DNA of 63,952 nt, filler included. It is 5 parts of 5 records of this genome, joined end to end, with 100 filler letters (N's around TTAATTAATTAA, not from the genome) between each part and the next. Parts side by side here need not be neighbours in the genome. Positions count along the whole stretch, not along the records: positions 1 to 22,071 come from SRR20825010_4137; 4 more parts are not named here. One strand, 5' to 3'. This document shows positions 1 through 11,036 of the stretch, piece after piece (position 1 is the first letter of the stretch; every line of letters starts with the position of its first letter). The notes below the pieces were generated by a model. The model was not told the DNA's origin. It was given only the letters and a program-made list of their open reading frames with translations, and did not search any database. Both the position numbers and the translations under genes were made by a program.

Positions 1-1001
1 ACAGCGCGGATGCCGACACAAGGATCATGGCGGCCTTTGGTAACCACTTCCGTAGCTTCACCGTCCAGATTAACGCTTTTGCGTGGTGTCAGGATCGAGC
101 TTGTGGGTTTTACGGCAAAGCGTGCCACAACTGGCTGCCCTGTTGAAATACCACCGAGTATGCCGCCTGCTTTGTTGGATAGGAAGTCCGGTTTCCCGTT
201 CGTGCCGGGTACCATTTCATCGGCGTTTTCTTCGCCCGTGAGGCAGGCAGCCTCAAAACCAGCACCAATTTCCACGGCCTTGGCGGCGTTGATGCTCATC
301 AACGCGGTTGCGAGATCAGCGTCCAGCTTGCCATAAACCGGCGCGCCCCAGCCTGCAGGTACGCCCTCCGCTACCACTTCAATTACAGCACCAATAGAAC
401 TGCCGGATTTACGAATAGCTTCCAGTTCAGTGGCCCATGTTTTGGCGGTTTCTGCATCGGGACAGAAAAAGGGGTTATTATTAACTTCAGCCCAATCGAA
501 ACGCGCATAGTCTATCTTGGTGCGGCCCATCTGTACCATCGCGGCGCGAATGGTAATGCCGTCCCCTAGTACCTTGCGTGCAACAGCACCGGCAGCAACT
601 CGTGCAGCTGTTTCCCGCGCGCTTGAGCGTCCGCCGCCTCTGTAATCGCGAATGCCATATTTTGCCATATAGGTATAGTCGGCGTGGCCGGGGCGGAAGC
701 TTTTGGCAATCTCACCATAATCCTTGGAGCGTTGGTCGGTGTTCTCGATTATCAACTGCACAGGCGTGCCAGTTGTTTTGCCTTCAAACACCCCGGACAG
801 GATTCTGACAGCATCTGGTTCGCGGCGCTGGGTGGTATATTTGTTTTGCCCGGGTTTACGTTTGTCGAGATACGTCTGGATTTCCGCTTCTGATATCTCC
901 AGCAGGGGAGGTACGCCATCGACCGTTGCGCCAAGCGCGGGTCCGTGACTTTCCCCCCATGTGGTGAAGCGAAACAGTCGTCCAAACGTATTATAGGACA
1001 T
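1..1001 (-). CDS. aroC: Chorismate synthase (3' end runs off the window)
   Basis: Absent from the ORF track. Manual translation from ATG at 1001 gives [20 protein letters not shown]...RPGHADYTY...[20 protein letters not shown], the chorismate synthase signatures. GGAGG RBS upstream. Confidence 0.97.
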   Translation of the reverse strand, partial: MSYNTFGRLFRFTTWGESHGPALGATVDGVPPLLEISEAEIQTYLDKRKPGQNKYTTQRREPDAVRILSGVFEGKTTGTPVQLIIENTDQRSKDYGEIAKSFRPGHADYTYMAKYGIRDYRGGGRSSARETAARVAAGAVARKVLGDGITIRAAMVQMGRTKIDYARFDWAEVNNNPFFCPDAETAKTWATELEAIRKSGSSIGAVIEVVAEGVPAGWGAPVYGKLDADLATALMSINAAKAVEIGAGFEAACLTGEENADEMVPGTNGKPDFLSNKAGGILGGISTGQPVVARFAVKPTSSILTPRKSVNLDGEATEVVTKGRHDPCVGIRA

Positions 1002-1023
1002 CGCGCCCTCCGGTTACTTCCGC

Positions 1024-1839
1024 TTAGTCGAGCAGAGAGATGAAAGTTTTCATAACGTCATCGTCGGTCGGCATACAGGTGGTGTTGAAACCGCCATCCA
1101 CATAATGGGTTTCGCCAGTGACGCCAGACGAGAGGTCCGACAGCAGGTAAAGACCTGCACCAGCCACGTCATCAAGCGTGATGTTGCGGCGAAGCGGTGC
1201 ATTTTTCTCATTATACTTCAAAAGCATGCGGAAATCACCAACACCGGATGCCGCCAGCGTTTTCATTGGGCCTGCAGAGATGCAGTTCACACGAATATTT
1301 TGCTCGCCAAGGTCTCGCGCCATATAGCGGGTGCTGCACTCAAGGGCGGCTTTCGCAACACCCATAACGTTATAATGCGGAACAACTTTTTCAGCGCCGT
1401 AGTAGGACAGGGTCAGCATTGCGCCGCCGTTGTTCATCAGTTTTTCTGCGCGCTGTGCCACGGCTACAAAGCTGTAGGCGGAGATGTTCATGGTCATCAG
1501 AAAGTTGTTGAGCGAGGTGTCAAGATAACGACCACGAAGCTCGGATTTGTCTGAATAACCAATAGCATGCACGATAAAATCAAGATTATCCCAGCGCTCA
1601 CCGATGGTTTCAAAAAGCGCGTCAATCGAAGCACCGTCTGATACATCACATTCGGCAAGGAAATCGCTACCGATCGACTGTGCAAGAGGACGCACGCGCT
1701 TCTCAAGCGCTTCACCCTGATAAGAGAACGCAATCTCGGCGCCCTGTTCGGCGCATGCCTTGGCAATACCCCAAGCCATTGAGCGGTCGTTCGCTACACC
1801 CATTACAAGGCCGCGTTTACCTTCCATCAGTTTTGTCAT
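1024..1839 (-). CDS. fabI: Enoyl-ACP reductase (NADH)
   Basis: GKRGLVMGVANDRSMAWGIA N-terminus, YNVMGVAKAALE catalytic Y/K motif, ISAGPMKTLAA. Confidence 0.96.
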   Translation of the reverse strand: MTKLMEGKRGLVMGVANDRSMAWGIAKACAEQGAEIAFSYQGEALEKRVRPLAQSIGSDFLAECDVSDGASIDALFETIGERWDNLDFIVHAIGYSDKSELRGRYLDTSLNNFLMTMNISAYSFVAVAQRAEKLMNNGGAMLTLSYYGAEKVVPHYNVMGVAKAALECSTRYMARDLGEQNIRVNCISAGPMKTLAASGVGDFRMLLKYNEKNAPLRRNITLDDVAGAGLYLLSDLSSGVTGETHYVDGGFNTTCMPTDDDVMKTFISLLD

Positions 1840-1914
1840 GATAGCCCCCTTTATATATCTGTTAGGCTCAAATTTCGGCGCATCCTACACCAAGAATGTC
1901 CGCCGTCAATCGCT

Positions 1915-2961
1915 TTAACCGCTTTGTTGCGGCTTGCTTTTATCGCTTTCTGTCGGTGGTTGTGCCGTGCTGTCACCCGCCACACCATCTCCGTCAGATG
2001 CGTTTATTTCGCTGGTTGCGATATGTTCCCGATAGTCTTCTGGCATCTCAGGAGGTTCCTGAGTGTCTAGGCTGTCCGGTTCTTTGTTATCACGACCTTC
2101 GAAAGTATAAGCGGCATTCAGCTCTGCTCCCAGAACAAAACCAAGGCTGACGAGGAAACAAAAGAGCTGCATGATAACAACGCCTGCCAGCGACCCGTAG
2201 GTGACGTCATAGTTTCCGGCGTACTTGAGGTAGACCGATAGCCCCCGCGCTGTTGCAATCAACACCACAAGGCTCAGGAGAGTGCCGGGCAGGCGCGACG
2301 GCTTGTAAACCCGCCGCGGTGTCAGGGCCGCAAACATGGTGTAAAGCCCAAGCGCAAGCACGGCCGGGCTTACAAGCAGGCTCAAATACCCCCACAAGGC
2401 ATCGAGGCCTTCGGAAACTGCGTCAGGAAACAGGCTGGTGAATGCCTTGAAAAGGGGTGGGCCTAAAACTTGTACCGACATGCCGATAACAACGGTAATG
2501 GCACCGAAGATAACTATGCCAAGGCTTTCCAGCCGTCTGATCCACATGGCACGGGCATGTTCTTTGCCGAACGCCTTGATAAGGACCTCGCGGGCGGCTT
2601 CTACGCCGTTTGCGGCGGTCCAGATCGCAAAAAGGATGGAACCGGTAAGTATTTCGGCGCCTGTGTTTTTGATAATACCCCGGATAGGACCATCAACTAC
2701 GGTTGCCACCTCAGGCGGCAATACGGAAAGCATGAAAGCAATGGCTTCAAGCCCGCGTTCTGTCTGCCCCATAAAGCCCGAAACCGCGACAAGGAAGATG
2801 ATGAAGGGAAACAGTGACAACATGGTCAGGAAAGCCATATTGCCAGCAGCTGCCATGCCAGTGTTGCCAAAGAAGAGAGCAATGGCCCGCAGCCAAACTT
2901 TCCTGTGCCGTTCGTAACTTTTTACGGGTGCTGTAATTTCTTCGGGCAACAGGTCACTCAT
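1915..2961 (-). CDS. YihY/virulence factor BrkB family membrane protein
   Basis: AGNMAFLTMLSLFP and YDVTYGSLAGVVI...LGAELNA motifs, several TM segments, acidic disordered tail. Confidence 0.88.
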   Translation of the reverse strand: MSDLLPEEITAPVKSYERHRKVWLRAIALFFGNTGMAAAGNMAFLTMLSLFPFIIFLVAVSGFMGQTERGLEAIAFMLSVLPPEVATVVDGPIRGIIKNTGAEILTGSILFAIWTAANGVEAAREVLIKAFGKEHARAMWIRRLESLGIVIFGAITVVIGMSVQVLGPPLFKAFTSLFPDAVSEGLDALWGYLSLLVSPAVLALGLYTMFAALTPRRVYKPSRLPGTLLSLVVLIATARGLSVYLKYAGNYDVTYGSLAGVVIMQLFCFLVSLGFVLGAELNAAYTFEGRDNKEPDSLDTQEPPEMPEDYREHIATSEINASDGDGVAGDSTAQPPTESDKSKPQQSG

Positions 2962-3926
2962 TAGATCAAGCCTGCCTTGCGCCGCATGGCGTCACCACCT
3001 TGGCCGCCCCAGTCCTTGACCAGTTTTTCAAGATTTGCATCGCGCTCTGTGGGCAGCATCAGCTTGAGGGTGACATACATGTTGCCGGTCTCTTCACCGC
3101 GTTTCACGCCTTTGCCCTTGAGGCGAAGGCGTTTGCCGCTGGAGCTGTTTTTCGGGATACGAATGGTCAGCCGTCCCTTGGGTGTGGGGACCTGAATGTC
3201 GCCACCCAGAACAGCTTCATCAAGGGAGATCGGCAGATCAAGCAGGATATCGAGCCCGTCACGCTTGTAGTAAGGGTGCGGTGCAACGGCTACTTCCACG
3301 AGGGCGTCACCCTTAGGAGCGCCGCCAACACCCGGGCCGCCCTGGCCAGACAGCCGGATCACTTGGCCATCTTTGATGCCTGAGGGGATCTTGATATCCA
3401 GCGTGCGACCATCGTTTAACGAAATGCGCCTGGTGCCGCCAATGATCGATTCTTCAAAACCAATGGTGATTTTATAGTTGATATCCAGCCCTTTGCGGCG
3501 GCCGGATGTCTCGAACGGGTTTTCGCGTGGCCGTTTTGCGCCGCCTTCAGTGCCCCGACGGCTGGTTCTGGCTCCTGCTGACCGAAAGAAGCTCGAGAAG
3601 ACATCGCTGGCTTCCTCGAAATCAAACGGATCGAAGCGACCGTCAGAGCTATAACGTCGGCCACGGCTCTGGCTGTCGCCAAATCCGTATGGAGTTGGAC
3701 GTTCGGAACCATTGTCGTCGATTTCCCCACGGTCGTAGCGGCTTCGCTGTTTGGCGTCACCAAGAATACCGTACGCTGCCGATACGCGTTTGAAGCGATC
3801 AGCAATGCCTGGGTTATCTTTGTTCCTGTCGGGGTGTAGCTTCTTGGCCAGTTCGCGGTAAGCTTTTTTTACCTCGTCCTGGCTTGCATCACGCTCGACA
3901 CCCAATATTTTATAAAGGTCGCTCAT
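2961..3926 (-). CDS. Class B J-domain chaperone (CbpA/DnaJ-C type, no zinc finger)
   Basis: MSDLYKILGV...LHPDRN J-domain with HPD, G/F-rich linker, DnaJ C-terminal repeats, no CxxCxGxG. Start moved to ATG 3926. Confidence 0.92.
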   Translation of the reverse strand: MSDLYKILGVERDASQDEVKKAYRELAKKLHPDRNKDNPGIADRFKRVSAAYGILGDAKQRSRYDRGEIDDNGSERPTPYGFGDSQSRGRRYSSDGRFDPFDFEEASDVFSSFFRSAGARTSRRGTEGGAKRPRENPFETSGRRKGLDINYKITIGFEESIIGGTRRISLNDGRTLDIKIPSGIKDGQVIRLSGQGGPGVGGAPKGDALVEVAVAPHPYYKRDGLDILLDLPISLDEAVLGGDIQVPTPKGRLTIRIPKNSSSGKRLRLKGKGVKRGEETGNMYVTLKLMLPTERDANLEKLVKDWGGQGGDAMRRKAGLI

Positions 3927-4087
3927 AAGATTGTTTCTGAGTGCAAAACTATATACTAAATCAACTGCTTGGCTATCATATAAGCAGTCTGGTGAGCCAC
4001 GCAATAATGCAGTGCATGGCGTGACATTTTGCCAGCGCGTAAATTGAAGAAAACCTGTTATATTCAGCGGACTTTTGAGGAAATAGC

Positions 4088-4690
4088 ATGAGTGAAAAAA
4101 CTGCAGAATTCAAAGAACCGTTTAGCAGGTTGAATGATTGGCTCAAGGAAGCGGAAGCAAGTGAGCCAAACGACCCGACCGCTGTAGCCCTTGCAACGGC
4201 CACCAAGTCGGGCCTTCCCAGCGTTCGTATGGTGTTGATGAAGGGTTGCGATGAGCGCGGGCTGGTTATTTATACCAACCTGGACAGTCGCAAGGGTGAG
4301 GAGTTAGCCGAAAATATGAACGCGGCGATGCTGTTCCACTGGAAATCACTGCGGCGGCAGGTGCGCATTGAAGGGCCAATTGAGAGGGTCTCTGATGAGG
4401 AAGCTGACGCTTATTTTGCATCCCGCCCGCGGGCCAGCCGTATCGGAGCATGGGCGTCCAAGCAGTCTCGTGAAATGGCCGGGCGTTTTGAGTTTGAAGC
4501 CGCGATCGCGCAGTATACGGCAAAATTCAGCGTGGGTGACGTACCGCGGCCTGAGAACTGGTCGGGATTCCGGTTGGTGCCTAATTATTTTGAGTTTTGG
4601 CGCGACCGGAAATTCAGGCTTCATGAACGTGTCACATTCTCGCTGAATGGCGCTGGGCACTGTTGGAATTTGGCTGAGCTTTACCCCTAA
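4088..4690 (+). CDS. pdxH: Pyridoxamine 5'-phosphate oxidase
   Basis: PSVRMVLMK, YTNLDSRKG, RQVRIEG, SRIGAWASKQS and EFWRDRKFRLHER motifs. Confidence 0.96.
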   Translation: MSEKTAEFKEPFSRLNDWLKEAEASEPNDPTAVALATATKSGLPSVRMVLMKGCDERGLVIYTNLDSRKGEELAENMNAAMLFHWKSLRRQVRIEGPIERVSDEEADAYFASRPRASRIGAWASKQSREMAGRFEFEAAIAQYTAKFSVGDVPRPENWSGFRLVPNYFEFWRDRKFRLHERVTFSLNGAGHCWNLAELYP

Positions 4691-4843
4691 ACGCTTGACG
4701 AAACCGTTCGGTTTTCTCAGGTGCACAGAAGTGTGATCAGCGTTTAAAAAAAGTGTCATTTGTCACGCGTATGGTCCCTCGCAACAATCATGAAAGGGGA
4801 TCGAGCGCATCGCATCCACCTTTCGTTATGCGGGGGTCAAGAG

Positions 4844-6991
4844 ATGCGTTTTTCTGTTCGGGTTAGAATTCTTCTGGGCTTTTCAGCCGTTATTGTCACG
4901 CTTGCGACAGCTAATCTGATCTCCGCTTTCGGTTTGCGGGGGCTGGATGGCGTATCAAGCCAGATCATCGCCAAAACCGATATAGTGCGGTTCGTGAATG
5001 ATTATACGGCCGATGTAAGCGAACAAACGCTTGCGTTGCGCGCATTTGCCTTCTCAGGTCTTAATGCTGACAAAGAACGTGTTGCGGAATTACGTGTCCG
5101 TGCGGACACTAGCCGCAAACAGGTGGAAATGCTTCTGCTTGCGAACGGTGAACAGGGAACTGTCACTAAGCTCACTGAGGTCGCCACCGCGTTTGACGAG
5201 GTGTTCACAGCGATGGAAAACCGCCTCGGCAATGAGAACGACGCCCTTCAGGTGGTCGTGATTGGCGTGGGTAAACTTGAGCAGACTTCCCAAAATCTTG
5301 TGGATTTTCTGGAGGGGCAGGAAGGTGATGCGAAAGCGCTGGCGGTGCGGGTGTCTCCGCTTGTTGCCAGATTTAACCAGTCAAGTATTGCTTATATCTC
5401 GTCCGGTGCATCAAGTGACTTTGAGGCGGCAATCGAATCCGGGCAGGAACTGGACGATTTGGTAGAAGAGGCCGCTGTTGCGCTTCGTGCGTTACCCCGC
5501 CGCCAACAGGCTATTGTGCGTTATGTGCGGCGCGATGGTGACGTTATACGCCAAAGCCTGCGCCAAAAGCAGGCGACATCAACCGCCATGCACGGTGCGC
5601 TCGATCAGCTAGATGACGCTGCGCGCCAGATTGAGCGGGTAACAGACCAAGTGAAGTCAAGCGCAAGGGCTGGGCAAACTTTGGCGCTGAATAATATGAT
5701 GCGAGCCGTGAAGGCCTCCACCAAGCAAAGCTTTATCGGGCTGCTGATCGGCGCTGCCATTGCTGCAGTCCTTGCCTGGTTCATTGGTCGTTCGGTTGCT
5801 AATCCTCTCACTCGTATCACAAGTGCAGTCGCTAAACTGGCAGCCGGGGATAAAACCGTAGCTATTCCGGACACTGACCGGGGTGATGAGCTGGGGCGGA
5901 TGGCTGAGGCCGCCGCGATTTTCAAGGGCAAGGCGTTTGAACTTGAACGTATGGCCGAAGAAAAGCGTGCGTCTGAAGCTACGGCAGCAGAAGCGCAGCG
6001 CGAACGTGAGCGCGAACAAGCCAGATTAATTCGTGAGCGCGAGAAGGAAGAAGAGCAGAGCAGGGCAGAGAGACGCCAGGCTCGCATGCAACAACGTCTT
6101 CAGATGGCGGATGCGTTTGAGCGACGCGTAATGGGGGTGGTTGACGCTGTGGCGGGCGCCTCCCGCCGCATGGCCGAGGCGTCATCGTCACTCGTCGCGA
6201 ACGCACAGCAAACCAACGATCAGGTTGAAAACACTCACAGTGCAACAGCGCAAGCTTCACACAATGTGCATGCGGTTGCCGGGGCGACGGAGGAACTTTC
6301 AGTATCCTTTCGGTCTGTGAGAAGCGAACTTGGCCACAGCGCGAGCGTGGCACAAAGCGCTGTGACAGAGGCAACGCGCACCACAGAAACTGTTGCGGGT
6401 CTCACTAAAGCAGCAGATCAGATCGGTACGGTTGTCAAAATGATCAAAGACATTGCTGAACAAACCAACCTTCTAGCGCTTAATGCCACGATTGAAGCAG
6501 CGCGTGCGGGTGAGGCAGGGCGCGGTTTCGCGGTTGTGGCACATGAAGTGAAGAACCTAGCGGCCCAGTCTGGCCGCGCAACGGAAGAGATTGCTACATA
6601 TGTGAGCGAGATCCAGCGTGTTTCAGGCGATGCCGGTGGTGCGATTGAACGTATTGGGCAGATAATCGGGGAAATGAACGAAGTCAGTCAGTCTGTGGTT
6701 GCGGCTGTTGAGCAGCAAGTAGCTGCGACGGAAGAGATCGCCAAAAATGTCCAGTATGTCTCAAGCGGTACGGAACTGGTGCGCGAGAGTGTCACGATTG
6801 TAGGTGCTGCTGCGACAGAAACAGAGGCCATGACCTCAGACCTGCAGGACCATGCGAGGCATATGATGAATGAGGCCGATGCACTCAAGCTGGAGGTGGA
6901 GCGCTTCCTTGCTGAAATACGAGACACAAGAGAAGAGGGTGGAGAGACAGAGCCCTCTGAACCAGCAGTCAGGCTGTTGAAGTCCGCTTAA
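4844..6991 (+). CDS. Methyl-accepting chemotaxis protein (2 TM, periplasmic sensor, HAMP, signalling domain)
   Basis: N-terminal TM, second TM then HAMP (RGDELGRMA), hairpin tip [30 protein letters not shown]. Start taken at ATG 4844. Confidence 0.94.
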   Translation: MRFSVRVRILLGFSAVIVTLATANLISAFGLRGLDGVSSQIIAKTDIVRFVNDYTADVSEQTLALRAFAFSGLNADKERVAELRVRADTSRKQVEMLLLANGEQGTVTKLTEVATAFDEVFTAMENRLGNENDALQVVVIGVGKLEQTSQNLVDFLEGQEGDAKALAVRVSPLVARFNQSSIAYISSGASSDFEAAIESGQELDDLVEEAAVALRALPRRQQAIVRYVRRDGDVIRQSLRQKQATSTAMHGALDQLDDAARQIERVTDQVKSSARAGQTLALNNMMRAVKASTKQSFIGLLIGAAIAAVLAWFIGRSVANPLTRITSAVAKLAAGDKTVAIPDTDRGDELGRMAEAAAIFKGKAFELERMAEEKRASEATAAEAQREREREQARLIREREKEEEQSRAERRQARMQQRLQMADAFERRVMGVVDAVAGASRRMAEASSSLVANAQQTNDQVENTHSATAQASHNVHAVAGATEELSVSFRSVRSELGHSASVAQSAVTEATRTTETVAGLTKAADQIGTVVKMIKDIAEQTNLLALNATIEAARAGEAGRGFAVVAHEVKNLAAQSGRATEEIATYVSEIQRVSGDAGGAIERIGQIIGEMNEVSQSVVAAVEQQVAATEEIAKNVQYVSSGTELVRESVTIVGAAATETEAMTSDLQDHARHMMNEADALKLEVERFLAEIRDTREEGGETEPSEPAVRLLKSA

Positions 6992-7018
6992 CAAATTATT
7001 GCCGCAATAAAACATGAT

Positions 7019-7051
7019 AAATGGCCTCCCATCGGGGGCCATTTTTATTTT
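7019..7051 (+). terminator. Intrinsic terminator after the MCP gene
   Basis: AAATGGCCTCCC-ATC-GGGGGCCATTT stem followed by a T-rich tract. Confidence 0.75.
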
Positions 7052-7129
7052 GGACTTTGAAGTCCAGAAAATGCGGACTAGATTTAAGGCATATATTTTT
7101 TGTGATCCAATGTGGGAAGGGGAGTGACC

Positions 7130-8578
7130 ATGGACGGCACGCACAAGGTCGAAACGCCTAAAGAAGAGATCGCGGCAATACTGGCTGCGCAACGCGCGAG
7201 TTATACAGCGGAAGGGTTTGTCTCTGCTTCTGTGCGGAAAGACAGGCTAAAGCGTGCGCTCGCCTGCCTCTTGGATTATAAGGACGATTATATCCGCCTG
7301 ATCTCAGAAGACTTTGGCAACAGGTCTGCGGAAACCACGTTGTTTGCAGATGTGGTTGCGTCCGCAGGCGCGTTGAAAGATGCCAGCAAGCATGTGGAAA
7401 AATGGATGCGGCCCAGCAAGCGTTCGCTCCAGTTCCCGCTGGGGCTTTTGGGCGCAAAGGCTGAAGTTGTGCCCCAGCCCAAAGGCGTTGTAGGCCTTAT
7501 CACGCCGTGGAATTTCCCGCTGACGATGGTGTTTGTGCCGCTTGCGCAAATGCTGGCTGCGGGAAACCGGGTGGTGATCAAACCAAGCGAGCATACGCCG
7601 CGGACTTCTGCCTTTTTCAAGGAAGTATTCTCCAAACACTTCGGTGAAGAAGAAATAGCCGTGGTGAACGGAGCTGTTGAAACCAGTCAGGCATTTTCAA
7701 GCCAGCCATGGGATCACCTGATGTTTACCGGCGCGCCTGTTGTTGGCAAGCTGATCATGCGGGCAGCATCTGAACATCTGACCCCTGTGACCCTTGAGCT
7801 GGGCGGTAAAAGCCCAGTCGTTGTAGGTGAAAGTGCGGATATGGACCGCATGATCGAGAGGGTGGCGACCTTCAAGCATATGAATGCAGGCCAGATCTGC
7901 CTTGCACCAGATTATCTGAATATCAAACGTGACAGCCGTGACGAATTTGTTGATCGCTACACCAAAAAGGTGTCTGCGATGTACCCGAGCATGCTGGCGA
8001 ATGACCAATATACTTCGATCATCAGCGCCCGGCATCGTGAACGGCTGGAAGGATATATCGAGGACGCGCGAGAAAAAGGCGCGGATGTCCGCATCATCAA
8101 TCCGGCGGAGGAAGATTTCGCCGGGCAAAACCAGGCGAACAAGCTACCTTCTGCATTGATCCTTGACCCGACCGACGACATGAAAGTGATGCAGGAAGAG
8201 ATTTTTGGCCCCATCCTGCCTGTCCGCACTTATGACAAGGTTGAGGAAGTGATTGATTATATCAATGACCGGCCACGACCCCTCGCGCTCTATTACTTCG
8301 GGCAGGATAAGGCGGAAGAGACAGATGTGCTAAGCCGTACGACATCAGGCGGTGTTACGGTAAATGATGTTTTGTGGCATGGCGCACACGAAAACCTGCC
8401 ATTTGGCGGTGTGGGCAACAGTGGCATGGGGCACTATCATGGCTATGACGGGTTTCTTGAGTTCAGCCACCAGAAGTCAGTGCTCAGGCATCCAAAAATG
8501 TCGATCGGGGGTGTTCTCGGCATCGTGCCGCCCTATACTGACAAGCTGCGGAAAAATGTGGAACGCCAGCTGAAATAA
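7130..8578 (+). CDS. Aldehyde dehydrogenase, coniferyl/fatty-aldehyde (CalB-like) subfamily
   Basis: PWNFP, TLELGGKSP, NAGQICLAPDY, QEEIFGPILP and LPFGGVGNSGMGHYHG motifs. GGAG RBS before ATG 7130. Confidence 0.9.
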   Translation: MDGTHKVETPKEEIAAILAAQRASYTAEGFVSASVRKDRLKRALACLLDYKDDYIRLISEDFGNRSAETTLFADVVASAGALKDASKHVEKWMRPSKRSLQFPLGLLGAKAEVVPQPKGVVGLITPWNFPLTMVFVPLAQMLAAGNRVVIKPSEHTPRTSAFFKEVFSKHFGEEEIAVVNGAVETSQAFSSQPWDHLMFTGAPVVGKLIMRAASEHLTPVTLELGGKSPVVVGESADMDRMIERVATFKHMNAGQICLAPDYLNIKRDSRDEFVDRYTKKVSAMYPSMLANDQYTSIISARHRERLEGYIEDAREKGADVRIINPAEEDFAGQNQANKLPSALILDPTDDMKVMQEEIFGPILPVRTYDKVEEVIDYINDRPRPLALYYFGQDKAEETDVLSRTTSGGVTVNDVLWHGAHENLPFGGVGNSGMGHYHGYDGFLEFSHQKSVLRHPKMSIGGVLGIVPPYTDKLRKNVERQLK

Positions 8579-8617
8579 CCCACCGTTGTTGGGCGGGGCT
8601 GGCCGAGGGGATGCCAG

Positions 8618-9754
8618 ATGATCGCGTTTAACTTCAATAGTGTGGCTTCCGTTCTGGTAGAGGACGGAGCAACAGAGCATTTGGGTAGCACCTTGCGTGC
8701 CCGGTTTGGCTGTGAGCGCCCCTTTGTCATTTCCGACGCGGGGCTGGTGAAGCTTGGCCTTGTCGGCAAGGCGTTAAAGGCGCTTGATGAGGCTGAGCTT
8801 GCGCATGCTCTCTTTGATGGCGTTGAGGCTGACCCTTCAGAAGCCGTGGTGCTTGCCGCTACTGAAGCCGCGATAGCCCATAAAGCCGATCTTGTAGTTG
8901 GTTTTGGTGGCGGCAGCTCAATGGATGTGGCCAAGCTTGTTGCCGTTCTGGCAAAAGACGCACAAAAACTTGGTGATATATATGGTGTCGACCAGATCAG
9001 GGGCGGGCGTTTGCCTCTGGTACAGGTGCCTACAACGGCAGGTACTGGCTCTGAGGTCACACCAATCTCCATCATCACAACTGGCGAAACGACGAAAATG
9101 GGCGTTGTTGATGCCACACTGCTTGCAGACTTGGCGGTGCTGGATGCGACATTAACCACCGGGTTACCCGCTCATATCACGGCGGCTACCGGCATCGATG
9201 CCATGGTGCACGCGATAGAGGCTTATACGAGCAAGATCAAAAAGAACCCGATTTCTGATGGCCTTGCAAAACAGGCGCTCCTGATGTTGGGCAGCAATAT
9301 CGTGCTCGCGTGCCGTGACGGAGAAAACCTTGATGCCCGGCGTGCCATGCTGGTTGGGGCCATGTTGGCAGGGCAGGCCTTTGCCAATGCGCCAGTCGCT
9401 GCGGTTCATGCGCTTGCTTATCCCCTTGGTGGGCACTTCCATATACCACACGGGCTTTCAAACTCACTTGTGCTGCCACATGTGCTCAAATTTAACGAGG
9501 ATGCAGCCGCGCATGAGTATGCAGCGTTGGCGGCGCATATGGGGCAGGAGGCCAGCGCAGGTGCTTTCTTCCGCTGGATTGACCAGATAACCGAGGAGAC
9601 AGGGGTTGTCCGCCGCTTAAGGGACGTTGGTATCAGTCATAATGACCTCCCCATGCTGGCGGAAGACGCCATGAAGCAAACACGCTTGTTGGTCAATAAC
9701 CCGAGGGAGGTGACGCTTGATGATGCCCGCGCAATTTATGAGGCGGCATGGTGA
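8618..9754 (+). CDS. Iron-containing alcohol/hydroxy-acid dehydrogenase
   Basis: GGGSSMDVAK, PTTAGTGSE, DAMVHAIE and HALAYPLGGHFHIPHG metal-binding motifs. Confidence 0.92.
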   Translation: MIAFNFNSVASVLVEDGATEHLGSTLRARFGCERPFVISDAGLVKLGLVGKALKALDEAELAHALFDGVEADPSEAVVLAATEAAIAHKADLVVGFGGGSSMDVAKLVAVLAKDAQKLGDIYGVDQIRGGRLPLVQVPTTAGTGSEVTPISIITTGETTKMGVVDATLLADLAVLDATLTTGLPAHITAATGIDAMVHAIEAYTSKIKKNPISDGLAKQALLMLGSNIVLACRDGENLDARRAMLVGAMLAGQAFANAPVAAVHALAYPLGGHFHIPHGLSNSLVLPHVLKFNEDAAAHEYAALAAHMGQEASAGAFFRWIDQITEETGVVRRLRDVGISHNDLPMLAEDAMKQTRLLVNNPREVTLDDARAIYEAAW

Positions 9755-10194
9755 GGGATAGATCTGAGCCCAAGCCAATTAAGGCCTATAAGCATGTTGC
9801 CCCGATCCAGACAAGATGGATGGATAACGATGTGTATGGTCACGTGAATAACGTGGTTTATTACAGCTTTTTTGACACAGCGGTGAACCGCTTCCTGATC
9901 GAAGGTGGCGTGCTTGATATACATGGTGGGGCTGTCATCGGGCTCGTGGTTGAGACCAACTGCCGCTATTACGCACCGCTTGAGTTTCCGCAGAATATCC
10001 GAGCAGGTATTGGCGTCAGTCATATTGGGCGGTCAAGCGTTCGCTATGAGATTGGCCTCTTTTCCGAGCAAAGTGATGTGCCTGCGGCCGAGGGCTATTT
10101 TGTCCATGTTTATGTGGACAAGGAGACAAGGCGCCCCACTTCATTACCTGAAGAGTTCAAGGCGCTTTTGGAAACCATCCATATAGGCGCCTGA
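9748..10194 (+). CDS. 4HBT/YbgC-type acyl-CoA thioesterase
   Basis: RWMDNDVYGHVNNVVYYSFFD hot-dog fold motif; overlaps the ADH stop codon. Confidence 0.9.
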   Translation: MVRDRSEPKPIKAYKHVAPIQTRWMDNDVYGHVNNVVYYSFFDTAVNRFLIEGGVLDIHGGAVIGLVVETNCRYYAPLEFPQNIRAGIGVSHIGRSSVRYEIGLFSEQSDVPAAEGYFVHVYVDKETRRPTSLPEEFKALLETIHIGA

Positions 10195-10218
10195 CCTAAC
10201 GGTTTGGAGGGAGCCTTT

Positions 10219-11022
10219 ATGGACGTTAAAGACAAAGTCATTGTAATCACTGGTGGTGCGAGCGGTATTGGCGCAGCACTTGCGCGGCTTTTTGCAGCGG
10301 AAGGTGCAAAATTTGTTGCACTTGCCGACATGGATGAGGCTGGTGCCAAAGCCGTGGCGAGTGATATAGGGGGCGCGGCGAAAGCCTACAAGCTTGACGT
10401 GGCGGATGAGGCGGCTGTTGAGGCATTTGCGCGGGCCGTTGAGGCTGATGCAGGGCCGATAGACCTCTATTTCTCAAACGCGGGCATCATTTTTTCTGAC
10501 GCGCCGGACTGGACCGTTATCAGCCAGTCAAACGAACAGTGGCAAAAAATATGGGAAGTGAACGTGTTTGCGCACATCCTCGCGTGCCGTGCGGTTCTTC
10601 CAAGCATGCTGAAGCGTGAAGGTTGCGGCTTCATTGTAACCGCGAGCGCGGCGGGCCTTTTGAGCCAGATTGGTGACACAAGCTATTCCACCACTAAACA
10701 TGCAGCAGTTGGCTTTACGGAAAGCTTAGCGATCTCTCACGGTGATGATGGTCTCTATGTGGGGTGTTTATGCCCGCAGGCTGTTGTTTCCAAGATGACG
10801 GCGGGCGCGGAAAACAGCTCAGCTGCGGGCGATGGTGTGATGCCAGCGGAAGAGTTTGCTTCCCGTGTGCTTAAAGGCATGCGGGAAGGGCGGTTCATGA
10901 TCCGCCCGCACGACCAGGTAGAGGGATATTTCCTCAACAAAGCAAAAGATTATGACCGCTGGGTTGGTGGCATGCGCAAGTTTCGCCGCCATCAGTTGGA
11001 AACCACGGGTCGGCCAATTTAA
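10219..11022 (+). CDS. Short-chain dehydrogenase/reductase
   Basis: TGGASGIG, SNAG and YSTTK catalytic motif. Confidence 0.92.
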   Translation: MDVKDKVIVITGGASGIGAALARLFAAEGAKFVALADMDEAGAKAVASDIGGAAKAYKLDVADEAAVEAFARAVEADAGPIDLYFSNAGIIFSDAPDWTVISQSNEQWQKIWEVNVFAHILACRAVLPSMLKREGCGFIVTASAAGLLSQIGDTSYSTTKHAAVGFTESLAISHGDDGLYVGCLCPQAVVSKMTAGAENSSAAGDGVMPAEEFASRVLKGMREGRFMIRPHDQVEGYFLNKAKDYDRWVGGMRKFRRHQLETTGRPI

Positions 11023-11036
11023 GGGGGATGTGAAAA

